A stretch of DNA of 64,000 nucleotides from a virus: the IMG/VR virus record IMGVR_UViG_3300034200_001099, positions 1-64,000 of that record; one strand, 5' to 3'. Position 1 is the first letter of the stretch. Each line of letters opens with the position of its first letter. The notes under the pieces were generated by a model, which saw nothing but the letters and a program-made list of their open reading frames with translations, searched no databases and was not told the DNA's origin. A program made the translations under genes and the position numbers. Positions 39,269-49,216 of the stretch are shown piece after piece.

Positions 39269-39685
39269 ATGAAAAAAATAATACTTATAATTTACTTTAT
39301 TTTAATTGGTTTTGTTGCCGAAACCCAAGTTAAAAAAACAACAGACACAACACAACTATGTATTCCTTATAATGTTGCTCAAAAAATGTTATTAGATTTA
39401 AATGATTATGATAAATTAAAAGAATTGTCAAAATTAGATAAAGAAGAAATTAATGAGTTAAATAATAAAATTAATTTATTAGAAAAAACTAATAATGTTT
39501 GGTCTGAAAAAAATTCTTTAAGTGACAGAATAATAAAAAGTAATGAAGAAAAATTTAATATAGTTGAAACTGAAAATAAAGATTTAAGAAAAGAAAATAA
39601 AAGACTAAAAACAAAAAACGGTTTGTTTAACATAATTTCTGCGGCAATTATTGCCCCATTAACCTATTTACTTATTATTAAATAA
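39269..39685 (+). CDS. Signal/TM + coiled coil + C-terminal TM protein (spanin-like candidate)
   Basis: Hydrophobic ends around a central coiled coil. Confidence 0.5.
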   Translation: MKKIILIIYFILIGFVAETQVKKTTDTTQLCIPYNVAQKMLLDLNDYDKLKELSKLDKEEINELNNKINLLEKTNNVWSEKNSLSDRIIKSNEEKFNIVETENKDLRKENKRLKTKNGLFNIISAAIIAPLTYLLIIK

Positions 39686-39930
39686 TGGCTTTAACACAAT
39701 CAGATAAAAAAGAAATTGAAGTTTTGATTAGAAAAGAAATTAAAGATTTTTTTAATTCCTCAACATCAAAACAATTTGAAAATAAACTTATGGATAAAAT
39801 ACACGACGATTTAAAAAAAGGAAAACTAAGAGGTGAGGTAAAAGAAGTTATCCTTAAATCATTCCAAGAGTATTTTACAGTTATGTATCAACAAAGAGGA
39901 TTTTGGGAACAAAAATTTAGAAACGTATAA
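39685..39930 (+). CDS. Hypothetical protein
   Basis: TAATG-coupled ORF. Confidence 0.6.
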   Translation: MALTQSDKKEIEVLIRKEIKDFFNSSTSKQFENKLMDKIHDDLKKGKLRGEVKEVILKSFQEYFTVMYQQRGFWEQKFRNV

Positions 39931-39963
39931 TAAAAAAAATAGTTAAGTTTTAATTTATAAATT

Positions 39964-40602
39964 ATGGAAAAGCGTAGTAATGAAAATACATCCAGAGACT
40001 ATTTAGAATATTTAAAAAATAAAAACGATATTTTAGAAATCTATAATTTAATAAGAAGTAAAAAATATTCTAAAAATCAAATAAAAACAAAATTACGCAA
40101 TTATTTAAATAATCCCGAAGATTTAAATGAATTTTTACATTCAATCTTAAACAGTAAGCCCACAAAAAAAGAAGAAAACACTGAAGCAACTTCCTCAGGT
40201 GGATCCGGACAATTTTCATCACCATTATTTTCAACAACAAAAGAAAATGTGGTAAAAACGGTTAGAGAAGGTATTAAAGAAATACAAAAAGTTGAAACTA
40301 AAGAAGCCACATCATCTTCATCATCGGGCCAATATAGTCAACCAGCTATTTGGGCAAAATCTACAAATAAAAAAGATTGGAAAGGTGCGTCAACAAAATA
40401 TATGCCAGGAGCAAAAAGAGTCCAAGTTAGAAGTAAGTGCAAAAAATTTCCATATTGTAATCAAGGAGATATAAAAGCGTTAAAAATATTTGAAAGTGAG
40501 ACCGTACAAAACGCGATAGATAGTGTCTCGAGTGGTTATGGGTATGATAAAGACTATATTTCAAAAATTGTGTTTCGTGAAATTGAAAAAAGACAAAACT
40601 AA
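39964..40602 (+). CDS. Hypothetical protein with duplicated EAT(S)nGQ(F/Y)SxP motif
   Basis: TEATSSGGSGQFSSP and KEATSSSSSGQYSQP; CKKFPYC. Confidence 0.6.
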   Translation: MEKRSNENTSRDYLEYLKNKNDILEIYNLIRSKKYSKNQIKTKLRNYLNNPEDLNEFLHSILNSKPTKKEENTEATSSGGSGQFSSPLFSTTKENVVKTVREGIKEIQKVETKEATSSSSSGQYSQPAIWAKSTNKKDWKGASTKYMPGAKRVQVRSKCKKFPYCNQGDIKALKIFESETVQNAIDSVSSGYGYDKDYISKIVFREIEKRQN

Positions 40603-40628
40603 AGATATTTATAATAAAAAAACAAAAA

Positions 40629-42173
40629 ATGAATAAAGAGCAATATATCAGATCAAGATTTAAAGATTTACTTAACGAAACTTTAGAGGAAAGAGCGAAT
40701 GACATTAAAAAGAATTTTTCTAAAGAAGTTAGGCTTAACCCCAAAAATAAATTTGACTACATAGAAGAAGGCAAAAGTATGTGCGAATCATGTGGTGGAA
40801 TGATGTCGGAAGGTAAATGTAACGAGGGGTGTAATCTAGAAGAAAATAAAAGTATGTGCGAATCATGTGGTGGAGAAATAAACGAAGGTGAAGCATGTGA
40901 AGAATGTGGAAGTATGTATAAGGGAGACATTAGAGAACTTGGTGGTATGGATGACGGACACCCAAGATTTGGAAAAGAAAACTTTAACCAAATGACTAAA
41001 GATCAAGTTGAAAGACTTCTTAGAGGTGATGATGAAGAAGATGAAGATGAATACGATGATTTTGAATTTGAAACTCCTGTGAGAGATGCAATCAGATCTC
41101 ATAAAGGTAGGTTCGAAACTCCTGTTAGAGATGTAATCAGATCTCGCGGAAATAGATATAGAGATCTTGAAGATGACATGAGCGAAGGTGTTAATTTTGA
41201 AATAGATGAAAAACTATATGGTAATCAAAGTAGAATAGACAAAAACAAGAACAACAGAATTGATAGTGAAGATTTCAAAATGTTAAGAAAACAACAAGAT
41301 GAAGAACAACTTTATGAAATTGATTTTGAAAAAGAAGAAAACACTGAAGGTAATGCTTTTACAGGGGCTTTGTCTAACGCTAAAAAACAAAACAAAGATG
41401 AATTTGAAGTTGACGGTAAAAAATTTAAGGTTAAAGAATCAATACTATATACTGAATCTGATTTACTTGATCTTATTGAAAATTTAGTGATTGAAGAAAA
41501 GAATACATTTAAAAAATCAGAACCAAAAGGATATAAAGAATACGAAAGAGTGCATAATGCAGATAAAAAAGAAAATGATAATTATCTAAAAAGCGTTGCT
41601 AAAAAAATGACTGATTATTTAAAAGGATCGTCAGATTCAGGATCTAAGTATGAAATGAAAGAAACCAAAAAATTTCCAACTGAAAATGGTGGAATGAAAA
41701 AAGGAATTAGAAAAAAATATACACCATCAGATGCTGTTGACGAATATATTGACGCTTTTTCTTATCCAGGACAAACTAACTTGGTTTATGATGAAATCAA
41801 ACCTAATGATGAAAAAATTAAAGGTCAATTAGTTGGAAGTAGTACTAACGGAAACGCACAAGTTGATAAAGACGGTAACGCTTTAGGTAATGTTGTACCA
41901 AGTAAAGTTGGGGAGAAATTCTATAATAATTTCAAAGATAACTTATATGGTCAAGAACAGATGAATGCGTCTTATAAAAGACAACCACAACCTATTGATC
42001 AAGCTGGTGAAGAAACTGAAAGAGGAACACTTAAGTCTAAAAAAGGTAAAAAAACATCTCAAAGTATTTTAAACAAGTTGGAAGAAAGTAAAAACATTAA
42101 ACAGGAAACTCAATTAAATGAAGAGTTTGGTAGAATGCAAGAGTTAATGGGATATAGTAGAAAAACCCAATAA
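40629..42173 (+). CDS. Acidic putative internal head/scaffold protein with CxxCG repeats
   Basis: CESCGG x2, CEECG, EF-hand-like DKNKNNRIDSEDF, many (L/I)xE motifs and TATTTAT upstream. Confidence 0.55.
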   Translation: MNKEQYIRSRFKDLLNETLEERANDIKKNFSKEVRLNPKNKFDYIEEGKSMCESCGGMMSEGKCNEGCNLEENKSMCESCGGEINEGEACEECGSMYKGDIRELGGMDDGHPRFGKENFNQMTKDQVERLLRGDDEEDEDEYDDFEFETPVRDAIRSHKGRFETPVRDVIRSRGNRYRDLEDDMSEGVNFEIDEKLYGNQSRIDKNKNNRIDSEDFKMLRKQQDEEQLYEIDFEKEENTEGNAFTGALSNAKKQNKDEFEVDGKKFKVKESILYTESDLLDLIENLVIEEKNTFKKSEPKGYKEYERVHNADKKENDNYLKSVAKKMTDYLKGSSDSGSKYEMKETKKFPTENGGMKKGIRKKYTPSDAVDEYIDAFSYPGQTNLVYDEIKPNDEKIKGQLVGSSTNGNAQVDKDGNALGNVVPSKVGEKFYNNFKDNLYGQEQMNASYKRQPQPIDQAGEETERGTLKSKKGKKTSQSILNKLEESKNIKQETQLNEEFGRMQELMGYSRKTQ

Positions 42174-42222
42174 TTTACAATAAAATACCTTAACTTATTA
42201 TTATCCATAGTTAGTAACAGCT

Positions 42223-42690
42223 ATGGATAATTTTTTTAACTACATCACAAAAAACTTAGAAATCGAAGAAGTTGATATATGGTTTAAAGCCAACAACATA
42301 ATTCCTGAAAAAATGGAACTGTATTACGATTTATCATATAGTTTGTATTTATTAATTCAAAAAACCTATTTGGGTAATGGAGAAAATAATAAAGAAACTA
42401 AAGTCGAAATGTCCGAAGAAGATAATACAAAACATTTCAATTGGTGCTGGAGTAAAACAATTGAAAATTTTAATAAAGAAAATATAAAATTTCAAAATGA
42501 TGGAGATCATTACGACTATTTTTTTTCTCTATTTAATGAATTATATTATAAACAAAACAAAGAAACAATAAGAAATTCTATAGACGTTTTTTTCCTTGAT
42601 TTATTTAATCGTGAAAAACCATTCACACAAGTAGATTTAGATTTGATTTATAATATTTATAAAACTTTGGATAAAAATTTAGTGATGTAA
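42223..42690 (+). CDS. Hypothetical protein
   Basis: 155-aa ORF. Confidence 0.6.
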   Translation: MDNFFNYITKNLEIEEVDIWFKANNIIPEKMELYYDLSYSLYLLIQKTYLGNGENNKETKVEMSEEDNTKHFNWCWSKTIENFNKENIKFQNDGDHYDYFFSLFNELYYKQNKETIRNSIDVFFLDLFNREKPFTQVDLDLIYNIYKTLDKNLVM

Positions 42691-42750
42691 TATTTACAAA
42701 CTAGAAAATATAATTAATTTAATCTAAATAAACTATTAATAAAATAAAAC

Positions 42751-42921
42751 ATGGACACGTTAAATAAAATCAATGAATTAACAGAACAATTGGTCTTAGA
42801 CGGTAAAAAGTTTTTTGACGGAAACAAAAGTGCTGGAACAAGAACAAGAAAAATTGCTCAAGAATTAAAATTGTTATTACAAGAATTAAGAACTGAAATT
42901 TTAACAGAAAAGAAAAAATAA
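42751..42921 (+). CDS. Histone H1-like Hc1 family protein (56 aa; not in ORF track)
   Basis: MDTLNKINELTEQLVLDGKKFFDGNKSAGTRTRKIAQELKLLLQELRTEILTEKKK contains the GNK(S/A)AGTR.RK....L.....R signature. Confidence 0.8.
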   Translation: MDTLNKINELTEQLVLDGKKFFDGNKSAGTRTRKIAQELKLLLQELRTEILTEKKK

Positions 42922-42923
42922 TT

Positions 42924-43118
42924 ATGGTTCAAATGAATATTTTCTTCTTATTTGTGTTTATACTTTCTTTAGTTTTTGTGATTAATAATATATTAAAAGT
43001 TATTAAAAATATATTAAGTTCAGATCCACATAGAATTACATACTCAACATGGGAGAAAATATTCAATTATTTTTTTATAACTTATTTAATAACATATATA
43101 ATAACTTTAACAACATAG
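42924..43118 (+). CDS. Small two-TM membrane protein
   Basis: Two hydrophobic segments. Confidence 0.55.
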   Translation: MVQMNIFFLFVFILSLVFVINNILKVIKNILSSDPHRITYSTWEKIFNYFFITYLITYIITLTT

Positions 43119-43119
43119 A

Positions 43120-43548
43120 ATGTATAACGAATTTAAAGACATATTTCAATTTCTAATTTCAGTTAGAAAACTTAAAACATATATTAGTATTGATGTTGAA
43201 TTTCCATTGACTTGGAAAATCCCAAAAAGATTTGTTCAAGAAGACAAGATTATAGAAAATCAAAAAGTTAACGATAACGCACGATTTTTTTCTTTTGTCA
43301 GTGAATTTAATGAAGTAATTCTTAATCAAACGGTAGAAAATATTAAAAATATTATTTCATATAATAAAGAAATTGAAATGAAAGAAAGACTTTTAAAACA
43401 AAAAATAGACGAACTTAAAAGAATTTTTGAATCAGAAGATTTAGAACATTTACAAACTCTTAAATTTGAATTGCTAGAAGAAAAATTAAACGATGGAGAA
43501 GAAGATTTTAACGAAAGAAGAACAAACCATAAATTGGTTGAAGAGTGA
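43120..43548 (+). CDS. Hypothetical protein
   Basis: ORF in operon with a C-terminal coiled coil. Confidence 0.6.
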   Translation: MYNEFKDIFQFLISVRKLKTYISIDVEFPLTWKIPKRFVQEDKIIENQKVNDNARFFSFVSEFNEVILNQTVENIKNIISYNKEIEMKERLLKQKIDELKRIFESEDLEHLQTLKFELLEEKLNDGEEDFNERRTNHKLVEE

Positions 43549-43690
43549 ATTTGAAAAAGATAAGATTGAGTTAGAAAATCAAAAACAAAAATTTGCAGAC
43601 TCAATTAAAAACTTAGATAAAAAAGACATAATCAAACCCATCGCAAAACTTACAATATGGCAGAAGATCAAGAAAGTGCTCCTAGCGTAA
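43493..43690 (+). CDS. Hypothetical protein
   Basis: ORF ending in an amphipathic WQKIKKVL. Confidence 0.55.
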   Translation: MEKKILTKEEQTINWLKSEFEKDKIELENQKQKFADSIKNLDKKDIIKPIAKLTIWQKIKKVLLA

Positions 43691-44007
43691 TAGAAAATTT
43701 AGCGTTGGTGACAGATGCCATACAAACTATGTTCCCCGATGGAAAAATAATTTGTGTATACGAATTAAACGACCAAGACTTCAAAAAAGTCCAAGAAAAT
43801 TTTAGAAAAATAGATAATCAACACAAAAGATTTTCAATAGACATGTCAGGTTTAGAACACGTATTTATTCATGAGGATATAAATTTAACATTATTAACTC
43901 CTGATATTAATAATGTTGACAAAAAATCAAATAATAAAAGTATTTTATTTAAAATAAAAACAAAAATATCATCTTGGTTTAAAAGTGGTGGATCTTCGAT
44001 AAAGTAA
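43657..44007 (+). CDS. Hypothetical protein
   Basis: Overlapping ORF in operon. Confidence 0.55.
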   Translation: MAEDQESAPSVIENLALVTDAIQTMFPDGKIICVYELNDQDFKKVQENFRKIDNQHKRFSIDMSGLEHVFIHEDINLTLLTPDINNVDKKSNNKSILFKIKTKISSWFKSGGSSIK

Positions 44008-44607
44008 TTTTTTATCAATACCCAAATTTTCTAAAATACTATACAAATATTTTTTTTGTGGTTTTGATGTTTCAGAAACAACAATACAATTATAAATTGA
44101 CTTATCTTTTAAAAATTCATTTAAAACGTCTAAAAATCTTTTAGATTCATTTTCATTCTTTAATGAAAATAAATAAACATTATTATCTTCCTGTAAAACC
44201 ACTTTGTTATTTAGTTTAGAAATTAAAATTACACCTTTCTTAAAGATATAATTTTCATAAAATTTATTTAGTGTGATCTTTTCTTTTTTTGTTACATCGT
44301 ATATAGTTTCCTCTATTTTGTAATTAGAAATTTCCATAATTTTATAATCTAAATCATCAAGTTCTATTTTTATTTGCCTACCAAGATCATCTCTAACAAA
44401 TAAAGGATTAAACGTAGTATTTTTTTTTTCTAAAATACACAACTCAAAATCACAATCTTTCGCATTCTCAACATCTTTTTTGAAATAAATGGTTTTGTTG
44501 TTATTAATTTTGGTGTCAAAAAATTCTTTAGCCTTAACAAAAGTAACAAACTTGTTTATTATTTTCTTTCTTACTTTATTTTTAAATAAAACCACTAAAT
44601 AATTCAT
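43969..44607 (-). CDS. Hypothetical protein
   Basis: Likely start MNYLVVLFKN at 44607; the upstream extension would overlap dnaJ. Confidence 0.6.
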   Translation of the reverse strand: MNYLVVLFKNKVRKKIINKFVTFVKAKEFFDTKINNNKTIYFKKDVENAKDCDFELCILEKKNTTFNPLFVRDDLGRQIKIELDDLDYKIMEISNYKIEETIYDVTKKEKITLNKFYENYIFKKGVILISKLNNKVVLQEDNNVYLFSLKNENESKRFLDVLNEFLKDKSIYNCIVVSETSKPQKKYLYSILENLGIDKKLLYRRSTTFKPR

Positions 44608-44636
44608 AAAAAAATAATAATAATAAAATTGAATAA

Positions 44637-45560
44637 ATGAATAATAACAATTATTACGACATTTTAAACGTTGAAGAAACTGCAACTCAAGACGATATTA
44701 AAAAAAAATATAGAAAGTTAGCAAAAGAAAATCACCCTGACATTGGAGGTGACGAAGAAACTTTTAAAAAAATATCCACAGCTTATGATGTTTTAAGTGA
44801 TGAACAAAAAAGACACAGATATGATCAAGAAAGAAAAGGCGTTTTCGGATCATCTAACAATTTTAACGATATTTTTAATAGTATGTTTGGTAATGGACAA
44901 AGTAATGGTAATAGAGCCGCCCATACGTCAAATATCACAGTAAGTATCGGGACAATAAATTCATATAAAGGAGGAAAACATAGTCTTTCATATAGAAGAC
45001 AATCTAGTTGTGATCCATGTAATGGGACTGGAGGAGAAAAAAAAGTTTGTAATTTTTGTGGTGGAACAGGTAATATTGTGAGACAATTTGGAAATGGATC
45101 ATTTCTTCAGCTCATGCAAGTTGTTTGTGAGACATGTCATGGAAAAGGATTCTTTATGATTAACGCATGTTTTTTATGTAATGGCGTTGGAACTAAAACA
45201 GAAATGAAAACTTTAGACATTTCATTACCACACGGTATTGATAATGGTCAGTTTTTAAGGGTCACCGGTATGGGTGATTTTAAAAATGGATCTTATGGTG
45301 ATTTGGTTGTTAGAGTTGATTTAAAACCCCAAGATGGTTTTACTAAAGTTGGGAATCATTTAGTTTATGACTCATTCATTACTTTGGAAGATTTAAAATT
45401 AGGAACTGTAAATGTTCCCCATCCTGATGGAGAACTAAACATCAAATTACCAAAAAATATTGATACATCAATACCTTTAAGAATTAAGTCAAAAGGATTT
45501 AAATTAGAAAGTGTTGGGGATCTTATAGTAAATCAATATATAAAATATAGTAGGGATTAA
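44637..45560 (+). CDS. dnaJ: DnaJ-like co-chaperone
   Basis: J domain with HPD, four CxxCxGxG repeats and a C-terminal GDL domain. Confidence 0.9.
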   Translation: MNNNNYYDILNVEETATQDDIKKKYRKLAKENHPDIGGDEETFKKISTAYDVLSDEQKRHRYDQERKGVFGSSNNFNDIFNSMFGNGQSNGNRAAHTSNITVSIGTINSYKGGKHSLSYRRQSSCDPCNGTGGEKKVCNFCGGTGNIVRQFGNGSFLQLMQVVCETCHGKGFFMINACFLCNGVGTKTEMKTLDISLPHGIDNGQFLRVTGMGDFKNGSYGDLVVRVDLKPQDGFTKVGNHLVYDSFITLEDLKLGTVNVPHPDGELNIKLPKNIDTSIPLRIKSKGFKLESVGDLIVNQYIKYSRD

Positions 45561-45736
45561 AATAAGGATATTAAATCTTTAATTGCTACTATAAATCCGT
45601 ATATGGCAAAAAAAGTAAAAATTCCACCAAATATTAAAACAAATGTTTGTGTATTCTTAACTTGTTTGCTCTCTCTACATGTTGGACATTTAACTTGTGT
45701 TGGCTCTGTTTTGTTGTTGTATATTTCTTCTTCCAT
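45557..45736 (-). CDS. Small CxxC membrane protein (59 aa; not in ORF track)
   Basis: MEEEIYNNKTEPTQVKCPTCRESK...VLIFGGIFTFFAIYGFIVAIKDLISLF. Confidence 0.6.
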   Translation of the reverse strand: MEEEIYNNKTEPTQVKCPTCRESKQVKNTQTFVLIFGGIFTFFAIYGFIVAIKDLISLF

Positions 45737-45793
45737 AATTTGTTATAATAATAATTATACATTAAAACAATTTATAAGTGAATAATTTTTGAA

Positions 45794-45822
45794 TTGACAT
45801 ATCAACATAGAATTCGTATATT
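45794..45822 (+). promoter_or_regulatory. sigma70-like promoter TTGACA-N17-TATATT
   Basis: Upstream of the Dam-like methylase with canonical spacing. Confidence 0.55.
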
Positions 45823-45837
45823 TCTAATAAAAAAACT

Positions 45838-46677
45838 ATGTTATCATATATTGGGGGAAAAAGTAAGATAGGAAAGTGGATAGTTCCTTTCTACGATAAG
45901 AATATGGAAACGTATGTTGAGACGTTTGGGGGCATGTTTTGGTGTTTCTTTAATATGGACCTAAAACAGTTTCCCAACCTGAAGAAAGTTGTTTACAACG
46001 ACTTTAATCCACTAAATTATAACTTATTTAAGTGTATTCAAAACCCAACGGAGTTATTGGGGGCAATCAACTCAATTGATTGTCAAAAATTTGGTGTGGA
46101 AATTACACCACCATTATATAAAGAACAATTTATCAGGTTTCAGGCTGAAATATTTGCTGAAAATTTCAGCGTAGAACCTGGCGATTATGATGTTGCCGCA
46201 AAATACGTTTATATTTTAACTCAAGTATTCAGTGGGTCAAAACCTGAGACAAGTTCTTTTATTGACCTTAAAGGTAAGTACAAGTCAAAATATTTGACGT
46301 TTAGAGATAAACTATTAAAACCGGATTGGATAGAACATTTCTTAAAGATAACTCACGTTGAGAATATGGATTTTGCTGAGGTTATTGAAAAGTATGATTC
46401 GCCTAACACTTATTTTTATGTAGATCCTCCATACTGGAAAACAGAGAACTATTACTCCAACCATGACTTTGATCGTCAAGATCACGAAAGACTTTCAAAA
46501 TCTTTAATAAGTATGGAAGGTAAATTCAGTTTATCATATTATGATTTTCCTTTATTATCCGAATGGTTTCCAAAAGATACATATACATGGGAGAAAAAAG
46601 AATTCGCTAAAGCTGCTGCCGCTAAAAAGGGTAAGGCTCAAACTATGGGCGAGGAGCTATTAATAATGAATTATTAA
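45838..46677 (+). CDS. Dam-family (D12 class) DNA adenine methyltransferase
   Basis: YIGGKS, YVETFGG, YNDFN, YVDPPY and ELLIMNY. Confidence 0.9.
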   Translation: MLSYIGGKSKIGKWIVPFYDKNMETYVETFGGMFWCFFNMDLKQFPNLKKVVYNDFNPLNYNLFKCIQNPTELLGAINSIDCQKFGVEITPPLYKEQFIRFQAEIFAENFSVEPGDYDVAAKYVYILTQVFSGSKPETSSFIDLKGKYKSKYLTFRDKLLKPDWIEHFLKITHVENMDFAEVIEKYDSPNTYFYVDPPYWKTENYYSNHDFDRQDHERLSKSLISMEGKFSLSYYDFPLLSEWFPKDTYTWEKKEFAKAAAAKKGKAQTMGEELLIMNY

Positions 46678-46716
46678 TTTTTTCAATTAATCTAATATTT
46701 ATTATAAAATTACATT

Positions 46717-48096
46717 ATGTCTTTAAGATTTACCAACCTATTAAGGGACCTTATTGTTGAAAGTTCAAGATTTCAAGTATTGTTCGATAAATTTGTTAAA
46801 CCAAAAGAAAAAGGACAAAGAGGTTTCATGCCTTTTGAAACTTTATTCGCACTTATTGTTGCCGACCCAACTACAAAAGTTCCTGAAGGAATGGATATTG
46901 ATAATGTTAAACCTGATCAAATGGAAAAGGTAAAAATTGGAAAATATGCTCAGTGGTTAATCAAAAACTTTATGACACCTAAGTTACCGGCAGATCATCC
47001 TTTAATGGTTAGTGATCCACAATCAAGTCAATACAAACAAGCATTGACGCAATTTCAATCTCTTTTCATGGAAGATTTATATAAGGTCACAATAAATCTT
47101 CAAAAATATGAAAGATTTAAAAATAGGTTAGCACAAGAATATAGGGATATAAATAAATTAAGTATTGAGACTTTACAAGATCAAGTCAAAGATTTTAGTT
47201 TAGAAAAAACTAAAGCAACCGCTGACGAGAAAAAAGAAGCGTCTGTAACATATGCTCACCCTGGGGCTAACATTGTTTATAGAGGTCAAGATTGGACTGT
47301 TGCTAAAATTTCAGACAAAGGTCCATTAGGTAAAGAAGCGGCATGTTTCTATGGTGGATCTCATAATGAAGGAAGACGAGGGGAAACTACTTGGTGCACA
47401 TCATCACCTGGTCTTAGTTGGTTTGATAGATACATCGGTAGAGGACCATTATATGTTGTAATTCCAAACAAAGCAAGATCATTCAAATCTTACGGAAAAG
47501 AAACAGGTGAAGTTTCAGGTTTACCAGCGGACAGATACCAATTTCACTTCCCTGATAATCAGTATATGGATGCGGATGACAGACCAATTAATTTAATTGA
47601 CTTTTTAAATACAAACGAAGAAGGTTTAAAACAATTCTTTAAGCCTGAGTTTATGTCATCATTGTCAGGTGAAAAAGGAGAAAAAGTGGCTATTGACTAT
47701 CCTAGTGATTCAGCTTCTAAATTTATTGCCTTATACGGATTTGACGAATTCTTCGCTACTTTACCACAAACATTAAAAAGATTTACATTTAAAAACACAT
47801 CAAAAGATAAACTTTCTTTAAATATTCCAAACGACATTGGTAGATTTAAAGAATTAACCGCAATTAATTTTGTTGGTTGTATTGCTTCTTTGCCTGACTC
47901 AATTTGTCAACTACAAAATTTACAATATTTATCTTTGGTTAATAATCCAGACCTTCAGATGCTACCAGATTGTATCGGAAACATGCCAAACCTTATGGTT
48001 TTAAATCTTTCAGGGTCTGATCGTAACAAAGTTCTACCACAATCAATCTTAAGTAGAGAAGAAGAAGATGAAGATTTTAACTTATTTACACATTAA
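46717..48096 (+). CDS. WCT-motif protein with C-terminal leucine-rich repeats
   Basis: A.C.YG....TWCT...F..Y....PLY domain; IPNDIGRFKELTAINF, LPDSICQLQNLQYLSL and LPDCIGNMPNLMVLNL. Confidence 0.7.
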   Translation: MSLRFTNLLRDLIVESSRFQVLFDKFVKPKEKGQRGFMPFETLFALIVADPTTKVPEGMDIDNVKPDQMEKVKIGKYAQWLIKNFMTPKLPADHPLMVSDPQSSQYKQALTQFQSLFMEDLYKVTINLQKYERFKNRLAQEYRDINKLSIETLQDQVKDFSLEKTKATADEKKEASVTYAHPGANIVYRGQDWTVAKISDKGPLGKEAACFYGGSHNEGRRGETTWCTSSPGLSWFDRYIGRGPLYVVIPNKARSFKSYGKETGEVSGLPADRYQFHFPDNQYMDADDRPINLIDFLNTNEEGLKQFFKPEFMSSLSGEKGEKVAIDYPSDSASKFIALYGFDEFFATLPQTLKRFTFKNTSKDKLSLNIPNDIGRFKELTAINFVGCIASLPDSICQLQNLQYLSLVNNPDLQMLPDCIGNMPNLMVLNLSGSDRNKVLPQSILSREEEDEDFNLFTH

Positions 48097-48142
48097 AGTA
48101 GATTATTTAAAACATTATAATATTTATTAATAAAATAAAAAT

Positions 48143-49189
48143 ATGAACAGAAGAATTTTAATATCGGAAAATGAAAGATCTAGAATTTTAGGTCTACACG
48201 AAAATCGTAGAATGAAAGAATGGGGATTGATTAACGAACAAGTTATACCAACCGGTTATGACTCGAATGAAGCTTGTAAAGCGGAAGCTCCAAAACTTGC
48301 TGCTAGTAAGGTATTTGCAGGACAGTCTTGGGATGTTGTTAAGGCAAAATGGGTTGAGTCTAACTGTAATGGAACAACTCCTTGTAATGTAGGAACGGAA
48401 GCATCAAATATTAATTTAAGAAAGGCAATGTGTGAAGGAACCTTTACTATGGGTGCACCTGCGGCTGCCACACCATCAGAATATACTGTTTACAAAGGTG
48501 GAGTCCCATCTAAAATGACTGTTGATCAGATTAGTCAAGGACTTGCAGATGGTACTATAAAACCAACTGATAAAGTGTGGGACATTAGTAAAGGTCAAGG
48601 TTCTGATGCCATAGTTCCATTATCAACTTTAACTTTAGACACTAAAATACAAGCATCAATTAAAACTATTGCTCCAGAATTAGCGGGAGAAGAAAAAACA
48701 TATGAAATATCTGCGGATGGTAGAGCTGCCGCAATAAAATATACAAAAGAAACATTAACAAAGGCGATCGCAGATGGCACTTTGAATAAAGATTCGGCAT
48801 ATGTTATTATTGTAGACCCAGCAACACAAGCAAAATCATATCAAAAAGTAATGCTTAACGCTGACTTAGTTCCAATTATTAATTCGGCTTCTGGTGCTCA
48901 ACCTATAGCGGCAGAAAGAAAGTCAACCAATATTCCTGAACTTGATGCTTGGTTGAAAGGACCAATTGGATCTGCATGGGATAAACTTACAGACCCAAAA
49001 CAAAAAGAAAGTATGTTTGACTCATTTGAAAAAACCGACCCAACAATTACTAAATTAAAAGATACGGTAGGTAAGGGACCATTAAGATCTGCGTTAGGAA
49101 TGGCTGCTGACACAGGATTTGGTAGAGGATTACAAAGGTTAAGAGGAAAAGTTGGAGCGGCAATAACTGGTAATCAACCAGTTGCTTAA
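48143..49189 (+). CDS. Leader-bearing protein with GYF_2-like modules
   Basis: N-terminal ILISENERSRILGLH; DQISQGLADGTIKPTDKVW and ETLTKAIADGTLNKDSAYV. Confidence 0.6.
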   Translation: MNRRILISENERSRILGLHENRRMKEWGLINEQVIPTGYDSNEACKAEAPKLAASKVFAGQSWDVVKAKWVESNCNGTTPCNVGTEASNINLRKAMCEGTFTMGAPAAATPSEYTVYKGGVPSKMTVDQISQGLADGTIKPTDKVWDISKGQGSDAIVPLSTLTLDTKIQASIKTIAPELAGEEKTYEISADGRAAAIKYTKETLTKAIADGTLNKDSAYVIIVDPATQAKSYQKVMLNADLVPIINSASGAQPIAAERKSTNIPELDAWLKGPIGSAWDKLTDPKQKESMFDSFEKTDPTITKLKDTVGKGPLRSALGMAADTGFGRGLQRLRGKVGAAITGNQPVA

Positions 49190-49216
49190 TAATCTATCTT
49201 ATTTTTATATAAAAAA

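Noticed and set aside
45603-45785. Plus-strand 60-aa ORF
   Set aside because: It is the antisense shadow of the more plausible minus-strand CxxC membrane ORF 45557..45736.
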